NCBI GenBank assembly: GCA_964270895.1
Contig: OZ185438.1
Source: Podarcis filfolensis
Taxonomy: Eukaryota
Reading direction: 5' to 3' (one strand)
Length of the DNA stretch: 64,000 bases
The notes under the pieces were generated by a model that saw nothing but the letters and a program-made list of their open reading frames with translations, searched no databases and was not told the DNA's origin. The first letter of the stretch is position 1. Each line of letters opens with the position of its first letter. A program made the translations under genes and the position numbers. Shown piece by piece: positions 1 to 13,422 of the stretch.

Positions 1-1706
1 TGTGACTTATCTTACAAAGGAAGAAACTGAGATGGAATTATATACTCTTCTCATGATGTCACTGATATGCATTCGAGGTGACTCACATTGTATTGTTAGG
101 TGGGTGGGGCTACATCATGTAATGTCAGGATACCTTTGATTGCTTGACGGAAAGAAAGATACAAAAGTAGGCATTGCAATAGCGAAGATATGGTTGCTTG
201 GATACATTTTGTTGTATGTTTAATTGGTTTCTGTTAAGAATAACCGCTTGTGTTTCTTAAAAAAATCAAAATAAGTTTAAATTAACTAAAATATGTACCA
301 ACAGAAAAGCAGCAAAAGGAAGACAAACATAAATTTCTTAAAGGCCATTGAAAATGAAAATAAAAAACTTACCAATTTAAGGTAAAATGCGTACCAGTTC
401 AACAGAACACCCATCCCCAATCTTGTGCCTTCCAGATGTTTAGAATTACAACTGCTATCAACCCTTGTAAGAAGAATCGGTGATGAGGGATTATGGGGGT
501 TTAGTTGAACATTATTTGGAGGGCACCATATTGGGCAAGGCTTCAATAGATATGGCCTCAATTTGCACAAGTTCATTTCACAAACAGAAATCAGAATCTT
601 TGAAGCAACTGGAAAGTTTCCTTGAAAGAAGGCCTTTCCTAAGGCATTCTAGGGATAGGCCATGGGTAGCCAAAATAGTGCCCTATAGATGGTGTGGAAC
701 TTAGCCAACATGGAAAGGAGTCGGGAAGTATATAAGTCATACATAGTCCAACAACATCTGGAAGATAAGGCATGGGTTACCCCTAAACTCGCCAATTAAA
801 AGTTCTAAAACTAATAAGAAGCTTTCTAATTTCAGCCTGAAAACTAACAAATAACCAGTACAATTTTATTTAATTCAGGCCCATTTTTAATGTATTGCAA
901 CAATCCAGTTTCATGGTCACTGGGATGTGGATCATCATCACTGCACCCTTATAATCAAAGAGGGCTTGCATCCAGTCTGATACAGCTAATAAAATAATAC
1001 TCATAAGCACCCTGCCAATTGAAAAATAGGCTGAGTAATGTCAGTTTCAGTTTCTCTCATTTTCTCATGTTTATGTTCAGATGTCCATGATTCTGCATCA
1101 CTTTGCAATTTATTTATTGTTACAAGTCATATTATTGACCAGGACTGCCCCCTTTTCCTAATTTTTGTATGCAAGTTTCCCTAATGTATACAATTTTTCA
1201 AAGCAAATTTCCCTAGTATCATGTGTTTCCATGTTATTTTCACCAATGTATTTGTATGCACACTTTCCTTTAGCATATGCATTTTTGTATGCAGTATTTG
1301 GCTATAGAATTGCACTGCAAAATTCAGAGAGTTGCAAATTTCAAAGGATGGTTGCATTTCGGTTGACAGTGTTTTTGTGCCCGTTAGGCAAGTTCGTATT
1401 TTAATGTGAACTGAATTGAATTTATTCCCTATTCCTAGCAGGTAATGCCCCTTTCTCAAAATCACAAGAACTGCTTAGTATCATCAATTCTGTCTAGTCT
1501 GGATTCAAAATCAGTTTGATTGAAATTGAACATACACAATTCTCTCTTCCTCTCTCTCTCACACACACACCACTGTTGCATAGATCCAAATAACAAATGT
1601 TATCAGTGGCTAAAAATAATGCATTGTTGTGTTGGTATTAGCAGAGTAAGATATATTTTCTTGCAACAATGAATACTTTGCAGAATGAAGAGGAGAGAGC
1701 TGCGTA

Positions 1707-1937
1707 CAGTGGTACCTCGGGTTAAGTACTTAATTCGTTCTGGAGGTCCGTACTTAACCTGAAACTGTTCTTAACCTGAAGCTAATGGGGCCTCCTGCTG
1801 CTGCCGTGCCGCCGGAGCCCTATTTCTGTTCTCATCCTGAAGCAAAGTTCTTAACCTAAAGCACTATTTCTGGGTTAGTGGAGTATGTAACCTGAAGCGT
1901 ATGTAACCTGAAGCGTATGTAACCCGAGGTACCACTG
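1707..1937 (+). mobile_element. Tigger/pogo-like (TcMar) MITE, family A, copy 1 (defines + orientation)
   Basis: Perfect 18-bp TIRs CAGTGGTACCTCGGGTTA/TAACCCGAGGTACCACTG, TA on both sides, internal GTAACCTGAAGCGTAT tandem repeats; 7 more homologous copies in the window. Confidence 0.9.
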
Positions 1938-2119
1938 TACTTGCAAATGACCATTTGATTAAGGATAGTCACTGCTAATGTGTTGTCAGAAGGACTCATT
2001 AAAATGTCTGCATGGATACTGAATTCTCCAAGCCCCAGTAATATGTCTCAAAGCTTTATTTTATACATATTGTCAATCTAAGTTCATTAAAGCAAAAACT
2101 GTATTGATGATCTTGGCTT

Positions 2120-2390
2120 TGACTCTTGGACAACCTATTCCCTGCTTTGCAGGCCTTTTCCACCTGCAAAAGCTGGAGCTGCAGAACAGACTCTTCAGCT
2201 GGGGGATTCAGGAGGAATGTTGTTGCTTTATTGTATATTTATTTTAGATCTTCTTGTGATTTATCTGGAAATTTTTCAGTTTGGTTGTTATTTTTTAATG
2301 TTTTATTTATTATGATTATTTTTGTTATGCTGTAAGCCACCATGAGCATGGTTTGTACTGTGGAAAGGCGACATACAAAATTACGTATGT
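2120..2390 (+). mobile_element. Degraded L2 LINE 3' end
   Basis: T-rich 3' UTR ending GCTGTAAGCCACCATGAGC...GAAAGGCGACATACAAA, similar to the L2 tails at 53460-53510 and 61325-61380; boundaries approximate. Confidence 0.5.
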
Positions 2391-3389
2391 ATGTAGATTT
2401 TTGCACAGAAATATAATTGAGAAATTGTGACATTGCCCCTTCCCATATTTGATACTGGGGGAGCGAGGAACCCACTTAGAAGTATTCTGTATCTGTCTTA
2501 AGATTCAAGGCAAATCATATTGAAGTTGTTCTGCAAATGAGGAATATGATTAAAACACAAACTGGTGTTTCTGTAAGCAACTGGAACTACAAATGGTAAT
2601 TGGTTGTTGTGGGAGGTTTGCAGCCCAAAGAATCTACTACCAGAAAGAAAAACAATGAGCTAAATTGGCATATTTCGCATTGCAGACTTGATTTTTGGCA
2701 TCAGCTTGCTCACAAAAAAGACACATCAAATAGGCCTTGTTTGAAAGATGCTCTCTAAGCAACCAATGACTAATCATAAACATTTAGACAAATTTAATCC
2801 AATTGTTGTCAGCACACAACCTCTGAGTAAGAATATTACGCGGCAGTTGTGATGATATTTCTCATCAAATAATGCCTATCACATGGCTGAAGTAATATGC
2901 ATATCATATCAGTAAAATATAACAAGACTGATGTTGTGGGCTTGAACCACAGCTTGCAAAGGATGGTGGGCACACATGTCTTTGTGGTGGGTTGGAACTC
3001 TTTCAAGCTATACTACAAAGTGGTTGGTAGCAAGCGATATCATTTTCAGACATTATGAAGACGAGAACATGTTGGAGGTACAGGACTGTTTCTGTGGGCT
3101 ATACTCTCAGCTCCTCCTGTGAGTTCTGGAGCTTGTATGTATGTTTTGTTTAACCATACATGCAAGTCTTGTTATGGTCAACAGCTGAATACTAATAAAA
3201 GGGATTAAGAATAAAATTAAAGTGAAACAGAAATCTCACTAAACTTCCTGTTTGCGGAAAATTCAGTTTTCAGAAAATTCTGTGTTTGATATATTTAAAC
3301 GCAGATTGATAGTCAACAAACAAATTAGAAATAGTGTCTGTGCAAGTCTGAGACTGTGCAATGTGAACAGCCAATGCTCTCTCCTATTT

Positions 3390-3810
3390 GACCAGTCTGA
3401 ATCAACACAGGACGTACATGCTAGTGAGACTGAATGTGCTACCTTCAACAATGCTACAGGGGAGATACCAGAAAATACCACTCACTACAAGACTATGCCC
3501 CTGTGTACAGAGACATAGATAATCAGTCATGCATGTTCTTCAGCACAACCCCTTACATCAGGCAATTTGATCTAAGTTCATTAATCAGTTGGTGGTTAGC
3601 AAGGAGTGGCATTCAGATAAATGTACTTACCTTAGGTTTACTCAGGATGGGGCTAAGATGGAGATAGCAGCCAGGTTTCTACAACACGAAATGAGACTTC
3701 ACGAATATTATATAACATTAACTTAAGTGTTAGATGCAGATTTTGCTGAGTGATTTTATTATACTGCTCTTTATTGGAATCTTGTATATATGCCAATAAA
3801 GGTTTGAGAA
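3390..3810 (+). mobile_element. Decayed LINE 3' end with C-terminal Cys motif (RTE-X-like)
   Basis: A frame not in the ORF track reads YMLVRLNVLPSTMLQGRYQKIPLTTRLCPC, resembling the RFN.LPS..L.GRY..IP...RLCPC motif of non-LTR ORF2 C-termini; ends in AATAAAGGTTTG. Confidence 0.5.
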
Positions 3811-4992
3811 TCAAATTCGTTGAGGATCCAATAGTCTATGTCCCATCCTATGAGCAGAGTAGAGCCTCTGATTTAATAAGGTCCATGAATTACCCACCAT
3901 TGGGGTAGCATGATCAGAACTGTCAACTGTGGTCAAGTACTTAGGAGCTGACTGTTACAATCTCATTCTTTGTGCCACATATAGCATTCCTGTCTTAATA
4001 TAACAGATAAAATATCACACACAAATGGCAAAAGTGGCATATGTAGACATTTTCTTGCATTCTGGTTTGTGGAATTTAAAAAAAATACACACTATTATTA
4101 TCACTTCTGTCAAGTATTGAAGCTGTGCTCTTTTCAAACTACAAAAAAAAAGCTTCCTACAAGTAGGAAGGTTGGATATTAACTTGTTTGCATACATATT
4201 TAAAGAGACTCAGTGCTGCCACCCCACCCTCCACTTTCTAGTAATTCAAGTTGTTTTTGAGTATGTCGTTAAATCCAGACTCTTGTTAAAATACTTTATA
4301 AGTTCTTAACTTATTTCATTGCTTCTAAACAAATCTGTTGTTTGTTAGAATCTCATTGTTTAGGTTTGTATTTAAAATATATTACTACATTACTCAACAC
4401 AATTCATCAGCTGAGTGCAACCATCTTCTCAGGAGGTAAAATCAACCCACTGGAACATAACAACTTTTCCTTAATAATTGCTTAAGTCCCAAAGAGCCAG
4501 GTTAATTACTGCCTGATTCTCTTGAACAGTTCTGTTTAAGAAACTGCAAACATGCTTTAATTCTCTCTCTTTTTTCGGGAAAAGATGTTAAATGGCTAAG
4601 GTGTATGAGCTGTATCATACAGACAGACGTAGACGCCATCCTCTTTGTTTATCACCAGACTATGGTCCTCTTCAGATTTTCCCAGCACTATGTCTCCCCA
4701 ACCCTGGAAGATCTTATCTTAATTGGAATTGATTAACCTACAAGCGAAAAGTAAGGAATGCTCTCCTGTAAATGTAATGTTTGCCAACTAGGCTGGCTAA
4801 AGCACATATTTTATAACAATGCCTTCAAAACTGCTTGCTTTACCTGCAAATATATTCCACAGAAAAGCTGAGGTTTACTTCTAAATAATCTATTTTGGCC
4901 TATGATGTTTCTTGGCATTTTGGAATATTTTATCTTTATTGTGGGTTTTTTAGACACTTGATGGGCATGCCAATATGAATGCAATAACTTTA

Positions 4993-5006
4993 GTTACCAT
5001 GGAAAC
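4993..5006. promoter_or_regulatory. RFX X-box-like palindromic motif
   Basis: GTTACCATGGAAAC versus canonical GTTGCCATGGCAAC (12/14), in a TE-free stretch; function unproven. Confidence 0.3.
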
Positions 5007-6926
5007 AAATACCCACTGACTGTTATATAATATGTTAGTATCATTACCTGAAGAGACAGATCTTCTAGGGGGAAATGTGATAAAGATTTTGAGCTCATAT
5101 TTCAACTGAGTGCTTTATTTTGTAAAACGGGCTGGCTTCAACATAGTATTCTGATAATTTATTGCCTGTCACAAAGACCATATAAGGTTCCTGACATTTA
5201 ATTATGCTGCAAAATAAATGTGATCTGTACATAGTCTGTTAAAGAAAATCTGAATCCAATCAAGCAAATTGTATTTAAAATAAGTGCTGTTGTATTCCTT
5301 TCCAACCTGTTGATGAATGAATGGCAGTATAATGCTCCCTTGCTTTCTGATGAGGGCATAATGATCTGAAGTATGTCTCATCTAGTTAAAACTACTCAGC
5401 TCATCTGCTTAACCTTTTAAAAGCTTAATATACTGTGACTGGTGATAAGAAATCAATCTTCTAACCCAAGACACGATCTGACAGTATAAAACATTCAACA
5501 AGATGCCTTAGGCCTCTTTATTCAGATGGCTCTTCAGGCAACATTCCACCAAGGTATGAATAGCATTTTCAGATGAATTTATATATTCAAAGGTGTACAA
5601 TGCCTTCCCTATGCACATACATAGGAATACATTAGTGACACTCATGGTTGGTTAACATGCAAGCTTGAAATTCACATGAAAAATTGAAAGGAAGCTCGTA
5701 TTCTACTAATTGCAAAACAGCCAGCAACAAAAGTCAGCATATTCTGCTTCAAGTAGCAACTCCAACTGCTCTAAGTTCGTTTCTAGTTTAGCTGCATATA
5801 CAACAGAGGAAATATTTTCAGTGCAAATACTTTCAGTTCCAAATAGCAACGCTACAGATTTTATTGCAAAAAGTTACCAGCTGTCCTTGGTAAGCAAATA
5901 TGTGCTGCATTTTACATTAATGAACAGGGATCCACAAAAATTGTAAGTGAGGTCTCTTTATGTATGTGTACACGCATACATGCACATACCAGAGAATAGC
6001 TCAGAAAAGAAGTTAACCGTGTTTCTGTGCGTGGTCGATGAAGTATATTAATTTAAGGGATATCTGTCCTGGCACAGAAAGCATTGCTTTCAGTTTCAGG
6101 CCATATCAAGATGAATCTATGCTAACTAAAATAATTATCTGTATAAGCATTGCCCTGCATTGTAGCGCTGTTAGAATTCTGTGCTGTCTTTTGTCAGTAC
6201 CAAATGCTTTTTGACAACTTCAGCTTGCTGGCAGTCAATGGAAAACTGACTAATAATGTTTCATCTGGTGCAGCTGAAATGTGTTACAGTGAAAACTGGA
6301 GGACTAGTTTCTGGCAAGGAGTCTTGGCTTCCCGAGCCAGGTCATTAGAAGTCAGTGGATAGATGGAGAGGGAAGGACAACACTATTTGATTGATTTAAC
6401 TTGAGCTTTATTGAAATATATTTCCTAAGCCTTTCATCTGGTGGGAAGATTCCAGGGTTGTAGTCTACAGCAAATTTGTCTTGGTTAATAAAGAAGCTGA
6501 AGGAAAGAGTAAAAAAATATATACAATATACTCTCATACATGCATCATTACCCACATTCTTTTTATTGTTAAGCCTTATATTCAAGCACTAAAGCAAAGA
6601 ACAGTTCTTACGTATGAATTCCGTGGCTGTACATCCATAGCTATAGACAATAAGAAAATCATACACTGAATCATAGATACACTAGCACAAGGGAGTGGGC
6701 AGAAGGTGACTACTACTGCCTCCTTTCCCCCTGACAGACTTCAAAAAAGGCTTTGAGGGCTTAGGACTCTGCTGAATATGGCAGGCTGTGGCAAGACCAC
6801 AGAAAGGAAAGGCATGATTGCAAAAAATGGGATGAAGCACTTTCCATGAGTGGGAGCTCCACTGACAGAAGGTGCCTCCATCCAACATACAGTGATATTG
6901 CTTTACACATGTTATGAATATACAGT

Positions 6927-7070
6927 TAGGGTTACCATATTTCAAAAAGTGAAATTCCTGACACTGGCAAAATTGAGCTTTTTTTTGTTGAGCTTTTTTT
7001 GGCCATACATCCAGGTTTTCCCTGACATTTTGACGATTCAGCAAAATCCCCCAAAGTTTCCGGGGAAGGG
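6927..7070. mobile_element. One-ended fragment of a non-autonomous DNA transposon
   Basis: Begins TAGGGTTACCATATTTCAAAAAGTGAAA (TIR-like); internal TGAGCTTTTTT and AATCCCCCAAA motifs resemble those in the 22018-22635 element; no second TIR found. Confidence 0.35.
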
Positions 7071-7124
7071 CTTGTCACAGATATATAGCACTGCATACAT
7101 AGGAGCTGGATTATTTACCAATAA

Positions 7125-7287
7125 GCTACTGAGCCAGGTTCAAAGTTTTGCTTTTAACCTATAAAGCCTTGAACAACCTGAGAGCAGGATACCTGCAGGA
7201 GTGCCTGTCGCCCAATGTCCCTGTTGAAATATTGCCTCTTAACTGTGCTGGAAATCTCGGTTAGTGGCAACCAGGAGGAGGGCTTTC
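7125..7287 (+). mobile_element. L2 ORF2 C-terminal fragment
   Basis: Translates FKVLLLTYKALNNLRAGYLQECLSP, homologous to FKVLVLSFKALNGLGPVYLKERL in the 60660 L2 ORF. Confidence 0.6.
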
Positions 7288-7600
7288 AGACCCTCCAAGT
7301 GTCCCTATTTTCCAGGGACATCACTGATTTAGAGAAACCATCCCAGTTTATGATTTGATGCTGGAATGTCTCCTATTTTCATTGGAGAAATGTTGAGAGA
7401 TATGGAGTTATCCAACCCCTGAGCCATCTGAAGGCAATCCTGTATATGGAAGGTTTTTTTTAATGTTTAATGTTTTATAATGTTTTAATATATTTTAGAA
7501 GCTGCCCAGAGTGGTGGGGCAACCCAATTAGATGTGTGGGGTATAAATAGTAAAATTATCATTGTGGAATGGGACATCCCTATTTTCATCAGAGAAATAG
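7288..7600 (+). mobile_element. Composite non-autonomous element carrying an L2 3' tail
   Basis: Three copies of a CCTATTTTC motif (two continuing ...GAGAAAT) bracket an L2-type tail GAAGCTGCCCAGAGTGGTGGGGCAACCCA...GGGGTATAAAT. Confidence 0.55.
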
Positions 7601-7915
7601 TGTATAGGTTTTCTCTTTGTCAGTCGTCTTCCTATGGCTTCACCTCCACTTGAAGCTCCACTGCTTGTTAAAAATATCTGGGTGCACTCAATTGGTTTAA
7701 GATCAGGAATTAATTAATGGTACCCTTTGAGTTATCGAATAATTAAAAAAAATATTACTCTGGTTTATTATTTTATCATTTTAGCTTTTACTCTGTCTTG
7801 AGATGGATTATAATGGGTAGTATCTAAACACTTTTATGCAATAATTGACATATGTTCCTATGTAAGGCATATTTAAATATTCTGCAATTAGAAAAATAGA
7901 GATGGGAACAATGTT

Positions 7916-8226
7916 GTGTTAAGATAAATTATAGGACAAAAACTGAGAAAGATGGAAAGGATTTGCTGAAATAGCTAACTGAACTAGAATAGAAAGAAGG
8001 GAGGTGTGAGGAGGTCGTCAAAACAAGTAAATGAAAGATAAGATATGGAAATACTGGATGTGTTGTTAATTGTTTCTGTTTTTGCTTTTGTTTTTTGTTC
8101 TGTAAAGATAAGCAGTGTTTTGTTTTGTTTTTGTTTTTCATGTATTGTATTGTTTTGCTTTGTTTAACTTTTTTTTCTTCTCTTTGTAATCTTTAAACTC
8201 TTAATAAATATTACTTTAAAAAAAAA
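7916..8226 (+). mobile_element. 5'-truncated L1-like retrotransposon 3' end
   Basis: 14-bp direct repeat ATGGGAACAATGTT at 7902-7915 and 8230-8243; T-rich 3' UTR, AATAAA and A-tail. Confidence 0.7.
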
Positions 8227-9114
8227 GACATGGGAACAATGTTAACAATATGCATGTGTAATACTTAAACCTTTGTTTTTAGTTTATTATTACTGTTACA
8301 TAAAATTTGCATAGTGTAACAAAAATGCCCAAAGGAAAAGGTATCATAACAATATACTTAGATTGAAAATGGGTGTTAAAATAACCATTCTCATTTATCT
8401 TAGTGGAGCCTCCTGAAAAGTACAAAGAAAAGGGGGGAGCACATGGGATTTATCCATCTGTTTTAAGCTTGGCTCTTAAGTTATACTGTTAAATCATGGT
8501 TGTTAAAAACTGTGCCTTAATTGTTTGAACTTGTACAGTGACAAGAGTATTACAGGGAAAAGCAAGGCATCAGATTGTGACCTTTAACTAAACAAGCATT
8601 TCTTGTAATTGTAATTGCCTTGGGCTAGTGGATTCTACTATTACATTCATTTCCACAATAATTGTACACCTCCTTGAAAGGACATGTCATGCATCATGGG
8701 TATCCACTTTAAATAGATCAGTATGATTATAGCTAATTAAATCACATGGAAAAGTGCATTCAAATAATGTTAGGCATTTAAATACAAGCCACAAAACCCA
8801 TGAAATGTATAGTTGTAGTCTATTTACATAGCCATAAGTTCTCAATATAGCTCCAATTTAAACTTTTTGCAAATTGTATACCTAAATTCTATTTTTTTAC
8901 CTAATTACTCTTTGCAAAACAAAACAAAACAAAACACACAAATCATTCACATGTCCTCAGAGCACATCTATATATGGAGTATATCATGTACACACACTAT
9001 GGAGTATATTATGTTCCCCAGGCAGTGCATTTGTGTGGAAGTGTGTTCATAAGTTCATATTGCAATGTAAGACATACATTTACATTCATGGTCATGAAGA
9101 GATTGAAGTAGACA

Positions 9115-9336
9115 GTTGTATCCTGCTAAATCACTGCACACATGCAGTGACTCGGCAAGTGCAGCAGAACTTTCCCTTTTCTCCTTCCATTGAACAGCCC
9201 CCAAATCTGGTCTGGGGGTTCCCTCAACCTTTTGGAGCAAATTTGATGGCAGTGTGGGGTACACATAGGCAGAGGAGATAAAGGGAAGTTTAGCTGAATT
9301 CATGGAAGTCATTCTGCTCACTTAGCTGGATTCAAC
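9115..9336. mobile_element. Old TIR-bounded MITE
   Basis: GTTGTATCCTGCTAA versus TTAGCTGGATTCAAC, 13/15 inverted match; no clear TSD. Confidence 0.45.
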
Positions 9337-9511
9337 CCAGTGTTTTTAAAACTCCACTCAGCACATCTTAAAGGACTATAACTCTGCAGCCAAATAAGTG
9401 ATTCATTAATTCAAGCCAATATGTGAAATTCACGAATCAGGTCATAGTTACAGTACTAGAAACCAAAACTGGTGGAAGTTCAATATAAAGGAGTAGTCTC
9501 TAGACCTAGCC

Positions 9512-9647
9512 CAGGCATCTCCAAACTCGGCCCTTCAGCTGTTTTGGGACTACAATTCCCATCATCCCTGACCACTGGTCCTGTTAGCTAGGGATGATGG
9601 GAGTTGTAGTCCCAAAACAGCTGGATGGCTAAAGCAGGGGGTACCTG
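9512..9647. mobile_element. Palindromic hAT-type MITE (family H)
   Basis: CAGG...CCTG ends, long internal inverted repeat (CAGCTGTTTTGGGACTACAA/TTGTAGTCCCAAAACAGCTG); decayed 8-bp TSD ACCTAGCC/CTTTAGCC. Confidence 0.8.
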
Positions 9648-12600
9648 CTTTAGCCCATCCTTCTCCAGCCAAGTTCCCTCCAGATGTTTTGGGCACCAAG
9701 TTGGGGAAGACTGTTTTAACCACTCTCTTGAACCTCCCTAGCCCTCTTGTCTTACTCCCTTAATCTTCATAGCATACAACACTTCTAACTCCCTAAGGAT
9801 TGTGATGTTTCTTCACAGTATCCCCTATCTCATTAGCCCCTAATAATTCCCTGTCTTCTGAGCCCCTTTTCTGAACTGACCTTCCTTCCTTTCAGGCTCA
9901 AATTTTGCAGTCTTTCCTCATTTTTATGGTCTGTGTTCAACCTTCTTGCCTCCAAACCCCATTTTCACTAGATTTTGTACTTGCTGAGACCTTTTCTGAG
10001 TCCTTAGCCTGCCCCAGTACTGCATATTAAGCCTAATCACATTGACAAACTTCCTTCCCTCACAGAAGATGAACTACAGTTTAGTTCCCAGAGGAACTGA
10101 ACATTCTGCGCCAGCCACCCCCAGAGACTTTTCCCGCCTTATACACAGTACTGTACTAATAACAAATTTTATCAATGTTATTACTTAGCTTTATCATTTG
10201 GTTGTATTTATCGCCTTAACATACAAGGTTGCAGCCTAATTCTTTGCAGACCTAGGTTTATTAATGTTGGTGGACTTAGGCATTGCTAACACTGCATAGG
10301 ACTGCTAAATTATTTTATAGCCTCATGAATACAGAACTCTTATTCTTATACCATATTTTATAGGTCATATTTTAGGTATCTGCACACATTAAGATTAACA
10401 CTTGTAGAGAGAAGAACAGGATCGAGTCCTGTCTCTCTTTGTTTGCAAATAGACTTTTGCAACATTTGGACTTTCTTATCTTGGTTCCCAAGATATGAAA
10501 TAGCCTGAATGCAACTGCTTTGCTCCTCTCTGCAAGAGCAAACAAACATACAAACAAGACAGGAAGTCTTTAGTTAACTATAGCTCCCCATTATGTCTGA
10601 ACCAGACAACTATGGTTAATGGCTTCTGAACAACACAGGGATATGAAGCCATGAAACTAAGACAAAGGAAGTAGTGGAATGATTATGTGTGGGTCCAAAA
10701 AGCTCATTCATATCTTATCTTACTAAGCCAATATATGATGGTCCAAACTAGGTGCCTATGTGATCAGGAATCCTGACAAAGGTAATGTCCCTGACTTGAT
10801 ATACAGAACCTTCATTCTTGTAGTTTATATGTACATACTTTTCAAAAGTTATTCTGAATGTCTACTAGTATAGAAGTCAAAGTGTGGAGATAGGCAGAGA
10901 AGTATTGGGTTTAGTTTTCTTTTAATACAAAGTTTGGAATACCCAGAGAGAATGAGAAGACCATAAATGTTGCAATGGGTGTTCTTCTCATCTTTTTTCC
11001 ATCTAGCACAAATCTTCTTTCCACCCTTATTTTTCTCAAGTTTTGTTATCTGTATTTTTTTTCACCATTTTCATGAGAGTGAAAGATTTTTGAAAACTGA
11101 TGTGCATACATATGTTTGTCAGTTCAGAAAAACAAAAATATATACATCTAAAAAATATACAGTTTTTCAATTTTTATGACTGATTCTCTACTGTCTATTA
11201 TTCAGAGTGTTCTCTACTTTTTAATATTAAAAAACCATCATCTTCAAACTAGAAAAATGTAACTTTATAAAAATAACTCCAAAATTGATCGCAAATGTGC
11301 CAATAAATCTTGAATACATACATACATACATAAATTTTTTAATGCTCACATTTTTCCATGACAGCCTGCAGTTGATCTCAATTTAATTTTAGGGTTCTCA
11401 AGCTAATTCAAATTATTAAAATGGTTATTATGGAGATAAGTATATTCTGAAAGATGGATCTTGCACACATTAGCCAGATTTAAAATACAGTTATCCTGTC
11501 AAATGAGTATCCTTCTAGGTATAGTTCTGCAGACATTGGTTTTTGACCAGCTGTTTTAAAAGTGCTGAGAACCTATCATTAAAATGCAAGCTTCCACAGT
11601 TTGGTGTTTTCCATGCCAACACATTGCCATTACTGGGGAAAAAACTTTTAAAAAAAACTCTACAACTTTAATAATTGCTATGATGTGGGTTTTAACTTCA
11701 GCCAAAGGAGACAAGTAGTGCTCCAGATATTGTTGGATGTTAACTCCCATCATCCCTGACAATGCAAGGAGAAAAAAATATGAATCATTATATGAATATG
11801 AATATGATAATTATTTTTGCTTCCTGAAACATACACACTGTGTTTTAAGAATATAGATGTTACTAAGATAGTAACATGAAGGCATAGTTCACATTTGACA
11901 TGCCACTCATGTATCTACCCCCAACTACACAAGTCTTTTAAACTTTATGGATTTGGAGGTGTGAGAGTTTGTGGGTGCCTGGATTTAGTAAGTACTAGAG
12001 TATATTGAACGTTTGGAGTATTTTCTTCTACTTCTGGATTGTTTATTTATTTTCCCCCTCGTTACCCATTTTTATATTGTCTCTCAATCTGAGTTTTATC
12101 TGTATTGATTATACAGTATTTAGAGTTTTTCAGGTTCTTAATACAATAAAGCAGCTGTTGATAACGCACTTTTATCTTGATCCATACAGATACGACCCCA
12201 ATTTCAATTCATCTGTATCTTATAGCCAACTGTGTATCTCCTGCTGTATCTTTGACCTTCAGACTTGACTTGATAGATAGTAAAATATAGTAAGACATTG
12301 TCAGAAATCTACAGGGCCATATAATTAAGTTAAAACCTGGACGTTTTGTTTCATTAAGTAAACATATATGTATTTAACAAAATCCTTAAATAATTAGTGC
12401 ATCCTGGTACTGTACTTCAATTCTGATGTTTTGTAATGTCTAAAGAGTAATCAATGCAAAACGTAGAAATCAAAATTAAATAATGCAGAATAACTTGTTT
12501 TCTGAGATATACTTATTTTTCTAATTCATTGACCCTTAAATTTTTTTTGTCCATTCACAATTTTTAATTACATATTTATTAATTTTGCTACAAGACTCCA

Positions 12601-13422
12601 GAGTGTGAACTGAACAATTACACTGCCTTCTAACACAGTTGTTGTTGTTGTTGTTTTGTTTTGTTTCTTGGATGCTATCATAAATGAACCACATCCTTTT
12701 CAAAGTTAGCAACAGAAGAGTCTGGATAGTTAAATGGCACCATGTTGATGAATATATATAGAAATACTCATGGACTGCTGGCTCCCACATGAATTTAATA
12801 AATTCCCTGTGTATTGCTACCATAAATATCAAAAGGAATGATGATGGGGAAAAGTTCAAATATGCTATTAGCATTTGAAACATGTACTTTATCCAATGAA
12901 TTTGGATAATAATTCAGCGAAAACAAGTTATTGAAATGTTCTTTCTTCTTCTACTTTTCCAAAGTAAACTAAAACATGGCTTTTATTCGCTTCTCAGACA
13001 TATGAGGCCTTTGAAAATAGTGCTATTATTAGCATCCAGAATATTCTCTAACTTGATTTTCTGAAGTGCTCTTTTCTTCTCCTTCCTTTATTTTGTTTGC
13101 TTCCTACTACTGCTTCCACTACTGGAAGTATGTCAGACAATGGCTGGTCTGCTCAGTTATTATTTAAAGTTACTTTAATGTACTATGCTGTATTAAGCTT
13201 CCTTGCTGTGCTAGATGAGGCGCTATTGTTTGTTGCACTGCAGATTATTCTGTGTCACTTGACAGTAATTCAGCACACTTATATTAGCATTAGGTTTCTA
13301 AGTAAAACACACAGAAATGTGCTGGAAGCATGGCTGAATTAATGCTCATGTGGTCTGTCCTGCTGTGTGGGGCAAAGCAGAGGTGAAGGAAGGCGGGAGA
13401 CGCATACAGGTGTAGTTCCTAC

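Noticed and set aside
655-790. Further hAT-MITE-like remnants (also near 11700, 34040, 37720, 42165)
   Set aside because: Partial similarity to family H only; ends and TSDs could not be fixed reliably
5348-5382. Second hammerhead candidate CTGATGAGGGCAT...ATGTCTCATC
   Set aside because: A hairpin is possible, but there is no GAAA after stem II and no stem I/III
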